The position numbers and the translations under genes are program-made. The notes under the pieces are model-generated. The model searched no databases and had not been told where the DNA came from. It saw nothing but the letters and a program-made list of their open reading frames with translations. From the NCBI RefSeq assembly GCF_009914755.1, contig NC_060929.1: DNA of 64,000 nucleotides; one strand, written 5' to 3'. Source of the DNA: the human T2T-CHM13v2.0 reference genome, Homo sapiens. This document shows, piece after piece, positions 33,861-48,294 of this stretch. Each line of letters begins with the position of its first letter. The first letter of the stretch is position 1.

Positions 33861-34342
33861 TGATGGGGTTCAGAATATGCTACCCCAAAATAAGGGACCT
33901 TGGCATTTGAACAAACTGCAAAAGCAGGAAGGTCACTCTCACCTTCCCCTCACCCTTCTCCCCTGAAGCAGGTCATGAGACCCTCATTTCAGAGATGCTC
34001 TCCCCATACCCAGAGAAAAAGAACATCTTTATCTCTGAAGACACGGGGACAGAGAAGAATCTGAACAAAACAGGCCTTGCTAAGCTCCCCCAGTTTATTA
34101 CCATTAGATCATACCCTCTTTGTCCAATCACGCATTTCACAACTGTCCACTCTTCTTCAAACCTAAGCATAAAAATAGACAGGTTTCCCTGCTTCTTTGG
34201 GCCTCATTTCCTTCTGAAGGCTCCCATACTACATAAAACTTCTATTGAATATTTTGTATGCTTTTCTCTTATTAATCTGTCTTTTGACAGAAAGGCCTCA
34301 GCCATGAACCTAGCAATGGGAAAGAAATATTTTCCCCCTATA
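33861..34342 (+). mobile_element. MER31-type (MER31A-like) ERV1 solo LTR
   Basis: TGATGGGGTTCAGAATATGCTACCCCAAAAT...GAAGAATCTGAACAAAACAGGCCTTGCTAAG...CAGCCATGAACCTAGC...CCCCTATA matches the recalled MER31 consensus. Confidence 0.8.
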
Positions 34343-35468
34343 CTGGAATGAGTCCGCTGGGGAAAAGAATAGCCCATAATCCAAACCACAGTGTGAAAGA
34401 AGTAGTGTGAGCTCGGATTCAGTGTTGTAGCCAGAGTATTTGAGACCTTCAGTGAACTATTTTTAACACTCTCCGTAGAAAACAATTATTTTTAGTAATA
34501 ATCATGTAATAAGCTTAATAATCATGGTTAAAAAAAGCACACTGAAAAAATTTTTTATTGAACTGCCTATGTATAATCATCCTGTTAAAACAATAATAAT
34601 AAATAACAAAATACATATTAAAATACATAAAAGGAAAAAATATATTAATACTTTCTGATTTACATTTATGAATTTTTTGAAAGGAGAAAAAACTCGTACA
34701 TACATATTGGTCTCTTATAGTAATGAATCTTGCAGTTCACATTGTTTCCCTGTTTAAAATTTTAAACACACGTAAAAACTCCAAGTGATCATGTTTTTCA
34801 TGTCACTGTTTTATCACTTTCATTTTTAATCCCCTGGTTAAATGCAGGAATATTTGCTCCCACAGGAATAGAGAGACAAACTTGCACCCTAATTGAACTC
34901 AAATGTTTTTGAATCATTACAAACATGGGTCTGAGTCTGCCTCTGTTGGAGACCAATTGTATCACTAGGAGTCCTTAGAATTAGATTCCATGGAAAGTAC
35001 AATGTGTAAAGGACAATAATAAAAATGTGCTCCTTTGAAGCTTATGTAGAAGCTTATTATAATTATTAAAAGTCAGTTGTTTAGTACTTAGACCAACAAA
35101 AGATTTGGCAGAGCGTGGGAATATTTTGTCACTGACATTGTTTAGGATGGTCAGCTCCTGGTGATAATAAAAGATCAAATTTATTTCCTTTTATTATTTC
35201 TTTTTAAATGTCTACAATGTGCCCCCTTGTTTTCTGCACCCTGTCCTTTTCCCCCTGCCCTTAAAATGCAATTGTCCAACCAACCTCTTTTCTGGGCAAA
35301 GGTTGTCTATTTTGATAAAGGGAACACAGTAGTAGAAATCTCTAAGTCGAGGGAAATGGAGTAGAAATCAGAAACTAGATGCACACAATGGGAGTTGAGA
35401 TGGTTACAGCTCACTGGGCACTTAACACTGACTCCACACCTTACCTGCTCATAAGAATTAGGTGTTTA

Positions 35469-35804
<336 letters not shown>

Positions 35805-36194
35805 TTAGGTGTTTAATTTTCTGCCAAGTTTGTTCCTGATGGTTCAGGACCAACTGGATGGGCCAGGGATCCAGAGACAGTTGTTTGATCTCTGCAGTGG
35901 AGTGGAGCTGGAGCAGGCAGGTGCCAGCTTGAAGTGGCCCTTCAGGAAGTGTTTTATCAATACCAGGTGATGATTGGAAGCTTGTCAAAGTTCTTCCAAT
36001 CAAACATGTTCACATTATTATTCCAAAATTGTAATTCTTTATAAAGTGAGTGTTAATTTTGAAAAGTCCTCATCTATCTTTTTCACTAAATAATCGAAGA
36101 AATAAAATGGTTAAGTATAAAGATGCTATGGCAATCATTTCTTTTGCTACCTTTCTTTGGGTTTCCGATGTGGCCACTTTTGAAAAACGTTCAC

Positions 36195-36538
<344 letters not shown>

Positions 36539-37199
36539 TTATTAGATGACTATAGTGCTTCAAAAATCACTTGTTCAGCAGGTTCCTGTGCAAACCTTGA
36601 TTTTTAATTATTATAACCACCATTTATTGGGCATTAACTGTGTTCCAGCACTGTGTTAAGCTACATCTATAAAAGTAATAATAATAATTGGTCTTTTCGG
36701 TGCAGATTTAAAAGAGATAGCTCCCCATCACAAATAAGAACAACAAGCAGAGAATAGCTCAAAGGAATTAGTCATAGTCCCAGCTGGTAGATGTAATCAT
36801 GCCAAAGTATGTCAGAGTCAGGAAATGCCACGAGGTTAAGACTACAAAGTATAAAGATGACTATAATTACTCACCTTTAACTGAATAGTATAATTGAATC
36901 ACATAATTCATTTCCATTATCTGAGTTCCCGGCTTAGGCTCTTTGAGTACCACGAATCAGGAATGACTATGCTCCACTTCACCCTTCGCTAGTCAAAGAC
37001 TGCCAGGAGGCCCGGGGTTGTGGTATTCAACGTTACAGACGTAAGGCCCTCCTGCCCACCCAGCACTCCAAATATTTCATGACATATGAAGGCTCTGACA
37101 TTGCAAACCGGACTACGACAAGCCTTTGACTTCTCCGGGTTGTGAGGAGTTTTAGAAAATAACTGAGAAGCAACTTTTTTGAGGATGATGTATTAAGCA

Positions 37200-37400
37200 G
37201 AGTCCTGTAATAGGAAGAACACAGTATTTGGCAATAGGAAATCTGGATTTGAGTCTCCATTCACACCTAACTGGTTTTGGACTTTAGCAAGGCCACAGCC
37301 TCTCAGACTCCTGTCTGAAGTAGCTTGTCTTGCAGGTCACTCATGAGGATTACATGAGACGCTACATGTGAAGGCACTTACGGTGGGTCTTAGTGTTTAC
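37200..37400 (+). mobile_element. MIR
   Basis: CTGGATTTGAGTC...ACTTTAGCAAGG...TGAGGATTACATGAGA...TGTGAAGGCACTTA. Confidence 0.7.
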
Positions 37401-37511
37401 AGAAGGAAAAGGTAATCATTAACACACGTATTCCACCTTCCATGCTAAGTGTACGCTAATAACCGTGGTTTTTCTGAGCAACAGATCATATTAAATTGAA
37501 AAATTAAATTC

Positions 37512-37813
<302 letters not shown>

Positions 37814-38557
37814 TCAAAATATACTTTATTGTAACAATTATTTCAGGCAAAGCAATCTTCCTGATTTTCTTTAAAAAACATTGCCCTTTACGAGAAATGG
37901 TTTAGTCATTTTGCTTCATACAATCTGCTTTTAATCTTTCTCTCATATTCCGTTGGGCCAAACAGAAACTGAAAGAAGTTAGGCAAGCAGAGGAAGGCTA
38001 GGCCAGATTCTTGCATTGTTTCAGTTCCACAGAGAGCTCTGAGAATGACACAGATTTAAGATACAGGGGGTGGGAATGAAGGAAAGCAAGGAAGGGAGGG
38101 TATTTCCAACTCTGAGAAAATATCCCTAGCCAGGAAACAAAGCCTCAGGCCTCAGATTCCAGAAAGGCACCAGCTTGGTGACAGCCCGCGCCCACTGGCA
38201 GCCCAGCCCTCACCTGCACTGCTTTTTCACAAGAGCCCAGTTGGAAAGCCCACGGGTTGGGCCATAGAACTTGGTGCATTTTGCTGCAGCTTTGTGTTTT
38301 GGAGGGCAATATCATTCGTGGCCTGGAGGGCAGTATCAACATCAGAAGAGCGTGTTTACTTAGGTGTGGCAAGGCTGGTTTCATGTATTAGATTAGGAGG
38401 CAATTTGCTTACCCTGTCAACCACTCTAGCCATCTCTTTGTTTTGGTGTTTGTGTGCCTTAATGTTTTGTGCCCATTGGTTTGTGTGGCTGAAGGGGGAT
38501 AAGTTGCAGTGCAGGTGCGTAAGAGCGGTCTCTCAATAGATTATTTCAGATAATCTA

Positions 38558-38902
38558 CAGTCATCCCTTGGTATCTGAGGAAGATTGGTTCCAGGACTCC
38601 CCACAGATACCAAAACTCACAAATGTTCAAGTCTTTGGCATAAAATGCTATAGTATTTGCATAGAACCCTTGCACATCCTCCCAGTATACTTTAAATCAT
38701 CTCTAAATTACTTATGATACCCAATAAAATGTAAATACTATGTTAATCATTGTTATACTACGTTGGTTAGGGAATGATGACAAGGAAAAAAAAAACATCT
38801 GTACCTATTCAGTACAGAGGCAATTTTTTTTTTTTCAAATATTTTCCATCCATGTTGGTTGAATCGTTGGCTGCAGAACCCATGAATACAGAGGACCAAC
38901 TG
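38558..38902. mobile_element. MER2 (Tc1/mariner-Tigger) non-autonomous DNA transposon
   Basis: 345 bp; imperfect terminal inverted repeats CAGTCATCCCTTGGTATC / AATACAGAGGACCAACTG; TA target duplication on both sides. Confidence 0.88.
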
Positions 38903-39389
38903 TACTTCAAATGAAATGATCCATTTTTAATATAAAACAAGCTTTTCAGTGGAAAGTAATAGACCATTAACTAAATCGTATGTCTGGTCCTACCAAACTT
39001 CTGCTTGCAAGACATTTAGACTACCTTCACATTTTCTGATTTCCACTTTGCTTTGATACCACGAAAATTTTCTTGCCTGGGAACATATATTATACAAGCG
39101 GAAAATCAGTCAAGAGATCATTGAATATTAATTCTCTGTCATTATGTGCCCAACACAGATGCCTTAGGAGTTAAACAGAGGCATGCATATGCTCGACTTA
39201 AGACACTGTGTCACCAACCTCCTCCCCTTCTTCATCAGAGGCAAGAGAGAGCCCACAGACAGCAAGCAACCCACCCTTGCCCAGCAGTGACAGGAGCAAG
39301 CCCCGTGCCCAGAGACTGCTAAGACCAGCCTTATCATTACAACCTTTTTGGAGAATCTTGCTGAAAGGCTGGGCGCTCTGAAGAGAAGC

Positions 39390-39622
39390 ATGGCATCAGT
39401 AAGGGACCAGATTGCCAGTGTTTGCGTCCTGGCCTTGCTGCTTACTAGCTATTCCCCTCAGGCTAGTTTCCAATCTCTCAGCACCTCAGCTTCTTCATCT
39501 GTAAAATGGGGATAAACACGGCACCTATTTCATGATGTGATTGTGAAATGTCACTGATTTAATACATGTGAAGCAACTAAAATAGTGCCTAAGTTATAGG
39601 AAATGCTTATTATTATTATTAT
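39390..39622 (+). mobile_element. MIR
   Basis: CCTCAGCTTCTTCATCTGTAAAATGGGGATAA core. Confidence 0.88.
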
Positions 39623-40468
39623 TTGAAAATTACACTACTCAACAATTATACAAAAAAAAAAATCTGTTTTTCCCCTAATCTCTCTAAACAAAGGCACTAA
39701 AACTCAAAGAGTTAGTAACAGAGAGAAATAGAACTTTGGTGGTCACAGAAACACTCAACATGGTAGCCACAATCCTAAAACTATGTGTAACAGAAGTAAA
39801 CCCAGATAGAAATAGCCTTCTTAAGGCAGAGTTCTACAAAGGGGATCCCCGGATTTTCATGCTCTGAGCCCTGATACTGACTTTCAACATCTTGGCGTGT
39901 CTACCAAATCAGGTACCTCAATACGACATTACCTAAGAGTTCCTTAACTCACAACCCTGTGAGGACAACAAAAGATACTGTTAGAACAACAAAAAAAAAA
40001 CGCTCTCCATGAGAATTATGCACAGTTTACTTTGCATGGGTACCATGTATGTGTGCATTTTAAATAAACATAAAGTGTGTATAACTGCTTTTGATCTCAG
40101 TTTTAATTTCTCTTTAGCACAAAACCAGTCATAATTTCTTCCCTTGTGATAAACAGGATTGATCAAGATGTGGAGCCTCATTTGTGTTTCCCCAGTTGTT
40201 CAGACGATGCCTCTCAGTGTGCACCGCCGGCTTCCGGGCCCTTGTTTCCAACCACAAGTAGTCCTTAGTCTTTGTGGCTTGCTAACCCCAGGAATGACAG
40301 CACAGTGTTATCGCTTGTACTCCCAGTAACCACTCTCTCTCTGTCTTACTGTATTGTCCAGCAAATGGAAGGTGTGGCAGCTAAACCCCTTTTTAGTCAG
40401 AAAGAACCACTTCCTGCTTAAAGTGAGAGCTAAAAGTGAATCTCTCGTTGTACAAAAATATGGATCCG

Positions 40469-40767
40469 GGCTGGGCACAGTGGCCCACGCCTATAATCCC
40501 AGCACTTTGGGAGGCCAAGGCGGGCAGATCACTTGAGGTCAGGAGTTTGAGGCCAGCCTAACCAACATGGTAAAACCCCATCTGTACTAAAAATACAAAA
40601 ATTAGCCGGGCATGGTGGCAGGCACCTGTCATCCCAGCTACTCAGGAGTCTGAGGCAGGAGAATCACTTGAACCTGGGAGGCGGAGGTTGCAGTGAGTTG
40701 AGATCGCTCCACTGCCCTCCAGCCAGGGCAACAGAGCAATACTCCGTCTCAAATTTATATATATATG
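40469..40767 (+). mobile_element. AluS with (TA)n tail
   Basis: Full dimer. Confidence 0.95.
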
Positions 40768-42250
40768 CCATGATGCTTTCTCTGAAACTTGAAGATTCTT
40801 CTGGCCACAGGAGCAGAAAGTCACTGTTTGATTTTGGGGGGCGCAATATTGTACGAGGGGCTTTCATTTCAGGCAAAGTCTCTCCCAACTTTTTCCTTTC
40901 CATGCTTACTGAAAAAAGAAAACCACTCCTAGATACTTGCTCCAGATTCTCTGCTGGAACCAGGCCATGCCCAAGCTCTCCAAAGAGCCTCTGTGAAGCC
41001 CCGGCTTTCCAGTTTTGAGGACCCTCGATCTTGAGGTGGTCTTCCTACCCTCAGATTTGGCTAATGTGGGAGGCGAGTTGAGGAATTTTATTTAAAAGCA
41101 ATATTACTGTTGAACCTTGACTACTAGTCATGAACAAGTTTGCCACTAAAAACAGCAACACTGGAGCCCCACCCTCAAGCTTGAGGCCCCAAGCCACATG
41201 GCCTGCTCATCCCCTATTTCTCATGTAGGATCTGTGTTTGTTCCCACACAAATAATTCCCCAGAAGCCTGTGTAGCAGAAATGTGGATAACGTAGTAGTT
41301 CTTCACATTTGGGGGAACATAAAGGTATTTAAAGGAATAGACCTATTCTCTAGAAAAAGTATACATCACAAAATTTGCATGAAATTTTGAAAAGCTTTGC
41401 ACCCATCACCTCCACAGCCCTCTTGGACTTTAAGAGATCTGTGGGACCTGAACCACAGATGGAAGTCAGGGTGAAGGATATACGGAAAGTGTTTACTTCC
41501 CCAGGGAGAATGGGAAGCCAGCCCCCACCTGCATTCCAAGAAAAGTCTGTCACCCCATCTTTCATACTTGGTTGATTGTTCCTGGGAACCAACTATGAAA
41601 GAACTCAGCTCAAGTAGCAGTGGATTGGGTGCAGGGGGGTTTCAGGAAAAGCACCATCTCGAGATCCTTCTCAGGGACTTGCAGTGAGGAGAGGAAGCCT
41701 CGAGCCTCTGCTGCCCACCACAGAAGGCTTAAGCTGCAAACCTTGGAAACTGTCAGGCTATCAGTCGAATTCTCATGAAACACATACTCTGCCTCTAGCT
41801 GGAACTAGGTGCTATGGGAAAAGGGGCATTTCCAAAAAAATGCATAAGACAAAGTCACTATCTTGAGTAGATCAAAATCTCTTTGGTGATTGCAAAACAC
41901 ACTTCATTTTAAAAAAACAAAGAGCAAAGCCCTATGGTCAGAGGTCCATCATGGTCTAAATCCAGAATATATTATATCTGGAATATATATACCTAGAATA
42001 TAGACACCTAGGTCCAAGAGAGCAGAAAGGCTTCCCGGAGAGGGTGGAGCCTAAACTGGACTTATTTTATGTTTCCCTCTGACTACTGTTGTCTTCAAAG
42101 AACACTGTCTTCTACCCCACCTCCACCTTAATCCACTAGAATCTGTTTCTCAAATATTGTCTTAGCAACCCGTTTACTGATTAACACTGACAAGCCAAAC
42201 AGGCCAGCATCAATGCTGCCGCCGAACTCTGACCTCTGGCTCTGGGCTGC

Positions 42251-42559
<309 letters not shown>

Positions 42560-43172
42560 TCTGGGCTGCTTTTCTAACATCAAAGAGTGTCAAGGTCAGA
42601 GGGACTTTAGAGGTCACCCAGTCCAAATTCCCTTCCCCTCCTTAGGAAAGAGACATCTGGGAACAAGTTCTGCAGACTCCCTAGAAGAGTGAACCTAGTG
42701 GCTGTGGAAGTCTGGCCAAGAAAATCAGCCTCAAAGAAGCAGAAGCTGTTAGGACACAAAACACACCTGAACAGTCTCACTGGTGTGAGTAAACGCAATC
42801 ACCTGGGAGACGCAGGCATCATCACACCCAATTGTGTAATTATAGCCACACATTGAATTAACCCTCAATCCAACCCCAAATCACCAGACCAACCCTGTTG
42901 TAGTTATCATGCCTAAATCTCCAACTTGGTGTGAAAGTTAGACAGTTTGTACCCAAGCGATCTTAGCCCAACTTAGAACTCCTGGAGAGCAAGGATTGAT
43001 CTTCATTCATTTGTGCATCTCAAAGCCTAGTGCAAGGTCTGATATTCAATAGACAGCTTAATGTGGCTTTGTTGAACTGAGCTGGATTGTACTGAATGAT
43101 ACAGAATTCATTATTATGAGTCAGAGCAATACAAACTACAGGAAATTTGAGTGACTGGAAAGAAATCAAAAG

Positions 43173-43480
43173 AGGCGCCGCAGCTGACGCCTATAATCCT
43201 AGCACTTTGAGAGGCTGAGGTGGGTGGATTTTTTGAGCCCAGGAGTTCAAGACTGGCCTGGACAATATAGTGAGACCTCTGTCTCTCCAAAAAATACAAA
43301 AATTAGCCAGGTGTGGTGGCATGCTCCTGCAGTCCCAGCTACTCAGGAGGCTGAAGTGGGAGGCTCATCTAAGCCCTGGAAGTTGAGGTTTCAGTGAGCC
43401 GTAATCATGGCACTGCACTCCAGCCTGGGCGACAGAGTGAGACACTGTCTCAGAAAATAAAAAATAAATAAAACAAAAAG
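43173..43480 (+). mobile_element. AluJ-like
   Basis: TTGAGCCCAGGAGTTCAAG J-type features. Confidence 0.9.
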
Positions 43481-43599
43481 ATGAGGAAACCGACTCCCCT
43501 CTTCAATTCCCCAATCACCCTCAGGATCCCTCAATCCAGAGAGAAATATCCATTCATAAGTACTGTAATAAAGGCATTTATTCCACTTAGAAATAATAT

Positions 43600-43790
43600 T
43601 CATAATGGCCAACGTATACTAAGAGCTCCGTAAATGGCAGGCACTATGCTCAATTCCTTACATTGAATCCTCACAAAAGTCCTATGAAGTAGGTTCTCTA
43701 ATGATCTTGATTTTGCAGATGAAGAAACTGAGTCTTAGAAAAATGAAGTTATGATCAGTAATTCTAGAAATGAGGTTCGATTTTGTAGAA
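43600..43790 (-). mobile_element. MIR
   Basis: CCTATGAAGTAGG...TTTTGCAGATGAAGAAACTGAG. Confidence 0.8.
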
Positions 43791-44286
43791 GTAGAAATTG
43801 GACTGGGTTTCAAGGGATGGGTAAGACTTTCACATCAATATGTAGGTAGAAAAAAAAAAAAGCAATGTGAAAGCACACTGTCAGAGAGGTAGGAAGAGGA
43901 CCAGGACAGAGCAGTGTCACAGCAGCCAAGAGGAGGTGGGGCCTCAGAGAGAACTCACAGAGTTTCAATGGCAGCAGAGAGGTAAATTAGACAAGGGCTG
44001 AACTTTCCATCCAATTCGGCAACTAGGTCAGATTTGACCTTGGCAGGAGAAATGGAATATTTGGGATGGAAGTCAGATTGCAACAGCCAGAACAGGAATG
44101 AGAGTCGGAGGCCGTCACGAGAGGCCACTTGGTGGACATAGCCTGAGTGATGGGTGCAGAATCAAGGAAGATTCTTTAGGTTGAGACAAACTTATGTTTG
44201 ATCACAGGTAAGGAGGCAGGAGCCAGTGAAGTGGGAGAGGCTGGGGAATGCAAGAGAAAGAAGGATGGTAGAGATTGGGGGTATGA

Positions 44287-44695
<409 letters not shown>

Positions 44696-45004
44696 TAGAC
44701 TTGATTTTTTTAGAGCAGTTTTAGGTTCACAGCAAAACTGATTGAAAGTTATAGAGATTTCTTATATATCCCTTGTCCCCACACATGCATAGCCTCCCCT
44801 ATCAATATCCCCTACTCCCACCAGAGTGATGCACTTGTTATCATTGATGAGCCTACAATGACACATTATTATCAGCCAAAGTCAACAGTTTACATCAGAG
44901 CTCACTCTTGGTATCATACATTCTATGGGTTTGAACAAATGCATAATGACATGTAGCCATCATTATAGAATCATATAGAATAGTTTCACTAACCTAAAAT
45001 CCTC
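44696..45004 (-). mobile_element. L1MC-like 3' end
   Basis: TTTTAGAGCAGTTTTAGGTTCACAGCAAAA...TACATTCTATGGGTTTG. Confidence 0.82.
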
Positions 45005-45655
45005 AAAAACCCAGAGTTTTGAGAAAAAATTTAGGTTTGTATTTTTGCTTTTTTGAAAAATGGCAAGGCAAGATGCTTATTTGGTCATTTAAAAGTCTCA
45101 GATGCTTAGCTGGCTACAGGAAATAAGACACCAGCCTGGTGACATCTGGTCCCGGTTCTGTGAGGCTGGAGTTCAGGGCATCCAAAATACTTGTGCTGAA
45201 GGAACAAGAGCATGCAGCCCACTGCCATCTGCCCACTGAGAGTTCTAGGATGGCAAAGAGAAAAGAATTTATCTTTGGCATTCCCCCGATAGGTCTCTCC
45301 TCCATTAGGCAACTCCTAAGTTAGGCCAGTTAATCACCAAATCTTATCATCTTGTCCAGGAAAATAAAGTACCCTCAGGGATGAACAACTTGCTTATTCA
45401 CTGAACATTTCTTAAGCACCACTATATGCCAGATTGTATCAATTTGATACATAATGATCCACTGCCAAAACAACAAATATGTATTATTTCTCACACTTTT
45501 GTATACCCAGGTAAAAATCAAGGATTCTGATGAAGGAATAGTGGTGACCCAAAAATGCACCAGAGTGGCTGTTTCTGCATAAAGAGCCTGGAGAAGGCTC
45601 TCAAAAGAGAAGCAATTGATGGTGGCTTCAGATATGGGATAGAAGTTCATCAAGC

Positions 45656-45908
45656 AGCTGGGCACGGTGGCTCACGCCTGTAATCTCAGCATTTTGGGAG
45701 GCTGAGACAGACAGATAATTTGAGGTCAGGAGTTCAAGACCAGCCTGACTAACATGGTGAAACCCAGTCTCTACTAAAAATACAAAAATTAGCCAGGGGT
45801 GGTGGTGGGTGCCTGTAATCCCAGCTACTCGGGAGGCTGAGGCAGGAGAATCACTTGAACACAGGAGGCAGAAGTTGCAGTGAGCCGAGCGTCTCAAAGA
45901 AAAAAAAG
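45656..45908 (+). mobile_element. AluS with a ~40-bp deletion near the 3' end
   Basis: GAGCCGAG joined directly to CGTCTCAAAG; TSD AGAAGTTCATCA. Confidence 0.93.
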
Positions 45909-46199
45909 AAGTTCATCAGGCAAAAAAAGGAACCAAGGTGATTGAAGAAAAGGAAATAGAAGGTAACATGCAGAGCAATGTGAAACAACAGCATTGATAA
46001 ATGCCCAGGAAACCAGCATGAGTAGAGCCTAGGGTGAGGTGGGGGCCAACAGGAGATGACAACGGAAAGGTTGTCATCAGATCTTGAAGGATGGTAGGCT
46101 ATACAGACAAACCTGAACTCTATCCCATCTGCAGTAGGGAACTGGTGAAGGATTTTAAGCAAGGGAGCCAACAAATCTAATTTTGGGGTTTCTGTTTTG

Positions 46200-46202
<3 letters not shown>

Positions 46203-46244
<42 letters not shown>
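46203..46244. repeat. (TG)21 microsatellite
   Basis: Perfect dinucleotide array adjoining an Alu tail. Confidence 0.97.
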
Positions 46245-46245
<1 letters not shown>

Positions 46246-46248
<3 letters not shown>

Positions 46249-47014
46249 TTTGTTTTTGTTTTTGTTTTGAGATGGGTCTTGCTCCATGACCCAGGCTGGA
46301 GTGCAATGGTGCTTTCAGAGCTTACTGCAGTCTCAAACTCCTGGGCTCAAGTTATCCTCCTGCCTGAGTCTCCTGAGTAGTTGGGACTATATGTTATAGG
46401 AAAGGGGTCCCAATCCAGATACCAAGAGAGGGTTCTTGAATCTCACACAAGAAAGAATTCAGGATGAATCTGTAGAGTAAAGTGAAAGCAAGTTTATTAG
46501 GAAAGTAAAGGATAAAAGAATGACTACTTCTTAGACAGAGCAGCCCTGAGGGCTGCTGGTTGCCCATTTTTATTGTTATTCCTTGATGCTATGCTAAACA
46601 AGGGGTGGATTATTCATGCCTCCCCTTTCTAGACCATATAGGGTAACTTCCTGGCGTTGCCGTGGCATTTGTAAACTAACTGTTGTGGTGCTGGTGGGAG
46701 TGTAGCAGTGAGGACAACCAGAGGTCACTCTCATCGCCATCTTGGTTTCAGTGGTGTTTGGCCAGCTTCTTTACTGCAACCTGTTTTATCAGCAAGGTCT
46801 TTATGATCTGTATTTTGTGCTGACTTCCCATCTCATCCTGTGATTCAGAATGCCTTAACCATCTAGGAATGCAGCCCAGTAGGTCTCAGCCTCATTTTAC
46901 CCAGCTCCTATTCAAGATTACCCTGGCTGCTCTCAAATTCCTGGCCCCAAATGATCATCCTACCTCGTCTTCCCAAAGTGCTGGGATTACAGGAGTGAAC
47001 CACTGTGCCTGGCC
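46246..47014 (-). mobile_element. AluJ split by MER41A (pieces 46246-46391 and 46919-47014)
   Basis: Alu sequence stops at GGGACTATA and resumes at CCCTGGCTGCTCTCAAATTCCTGG. Confidence 0.88.
46392..46918 (-). mobile_element. MER41A ERV1 solo LTR lacking ~30 bp of its 5' end
   Basis: TGTTATAGGAAAGGGGTCCCAATCCAG...GGATTATTCATGCCTCCCCTTT...GAATGCAGCCCAGTAGGTCTCAGCC; lacks the GAS-containing segment of MER41B. Confidence 0.9.
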
Positions 47015-48197
47015 TAATTTGTTTTTAAAAGGTTGCTCCGGTAATTAACATGGAAAGGCTGGTTTGGAGGTTGGTATACAGAGAAGGTAGGGACTTAGTG
47101 AGGAAGATGCCTAGCTCAGGGCAAGCAAGGCAAAGACTGACCAAATTAAGCCAAAGAAATGGAGACAAGGAGACATTTTCGAGAGCTATTTTGAAGTAGA
47201 CTTGACAATTGGATGCAAAAAGTCAGACAGGGAGAGAGAAAGATAAGGATGACTCCCAGGTTTGGGGCTGGGGTCATGGAAATTAGTCAGGGTAGAAATT
47301 GCTGAAAGAGTAGAGCAGGGTCTGAATGAACAGTGATCAATTTGTGGGGCCTCTGGAACATCCTGAAATGGCTGTTCAATAGGTTGTATCAATTGGTTTG
47401 GAGCTCAAAAAAAAGTTCTGGGGTGGGGAGGTGGATTTTCTAGCTGTCAGCATATGTACTATTGTAGGGATATTAAAAAGAATAGAGATCTTAACCGTGA
47501 ATCATCCCAGCTGGCAAAAAAGGAGAAGAAAAAAGTAATTTCTTTTTAAAAAATGAACAATCATTTTCAAATTATTTTCTCTCCCAACAAAGGAATTAGC
47601 CAAGGTTTTGTTTCAAGACCAAACAAAAAGGGGAAAGCAATCAGCTTTCTCCATGAATGCAATGGGTAATTCATGAGGCTCTGGAAAATACAGCTGCAGT
47701 TTTGCCAATAATTTCTTGTGCCTGTGTAAACAGTACCATATTCTCTGAAGCTTTTCCCCCTTCAAAAAGGTAAACTTTGCATTGCCAATAAGTAGGGGCA
47801 GAACAATATAGTCAGCCTCCAAATTCTTTCTGGGTAAGACCATGTTCTTTACAAGAAATTTCGGATATTCAATGAATGGTTACTCCTATCTACCCTGAAG
47901 AACTGGGTTAGGAACATATGAGGTACAAGTGACCAAATACAGTTAGCTGTTATTACTTACATAGCTGATGAAGATTGAGGAGGGGAGGGAAGATGGATGC
48001 TGGCAACAGATTTCTCACTGTGTCATTTCCCTTCATTGTCTGTCAGAACTGTTTGCTACTGTTTGAAGAGCATTTTGCTACTCACAAAAAAGAAAAACAA
48101 AAAAAGTAAGTTTGTCATCAAGTAAATTTGGAGAATGTTGGATACTAGATCCACTCAGAGGATCACAATAGTGAAGGAACTTGTTTACCTTTAAGTC

Positions 48198-48294
48198 AGT
48201 GTTTCCCCCACATTTATTTGGCTAAGGAAATGTCTTTTCATGGAGTTCTTATTAAGGTCTTATGCAACACCAAAATGCATTTTGGGGAACACTG
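48198..48294. mobile_element. Short hAT/Charlie-like MITE relic
   Basis: Terminal inverted repeats CAGTGTTTCCCC / GGGGAACACTG around about 97 bp. Confidence 0.5.

Larger units (their letters stand above)
45930..47460 (-). mobile_element. L2 relic interrupted by AluJ and MER41A
   Basis: GGTGAAGGATTTTAAGCAAGGGAG...GGATGACTCCCAGGTTTGGGGCTGGG. Confidence 0.65.
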
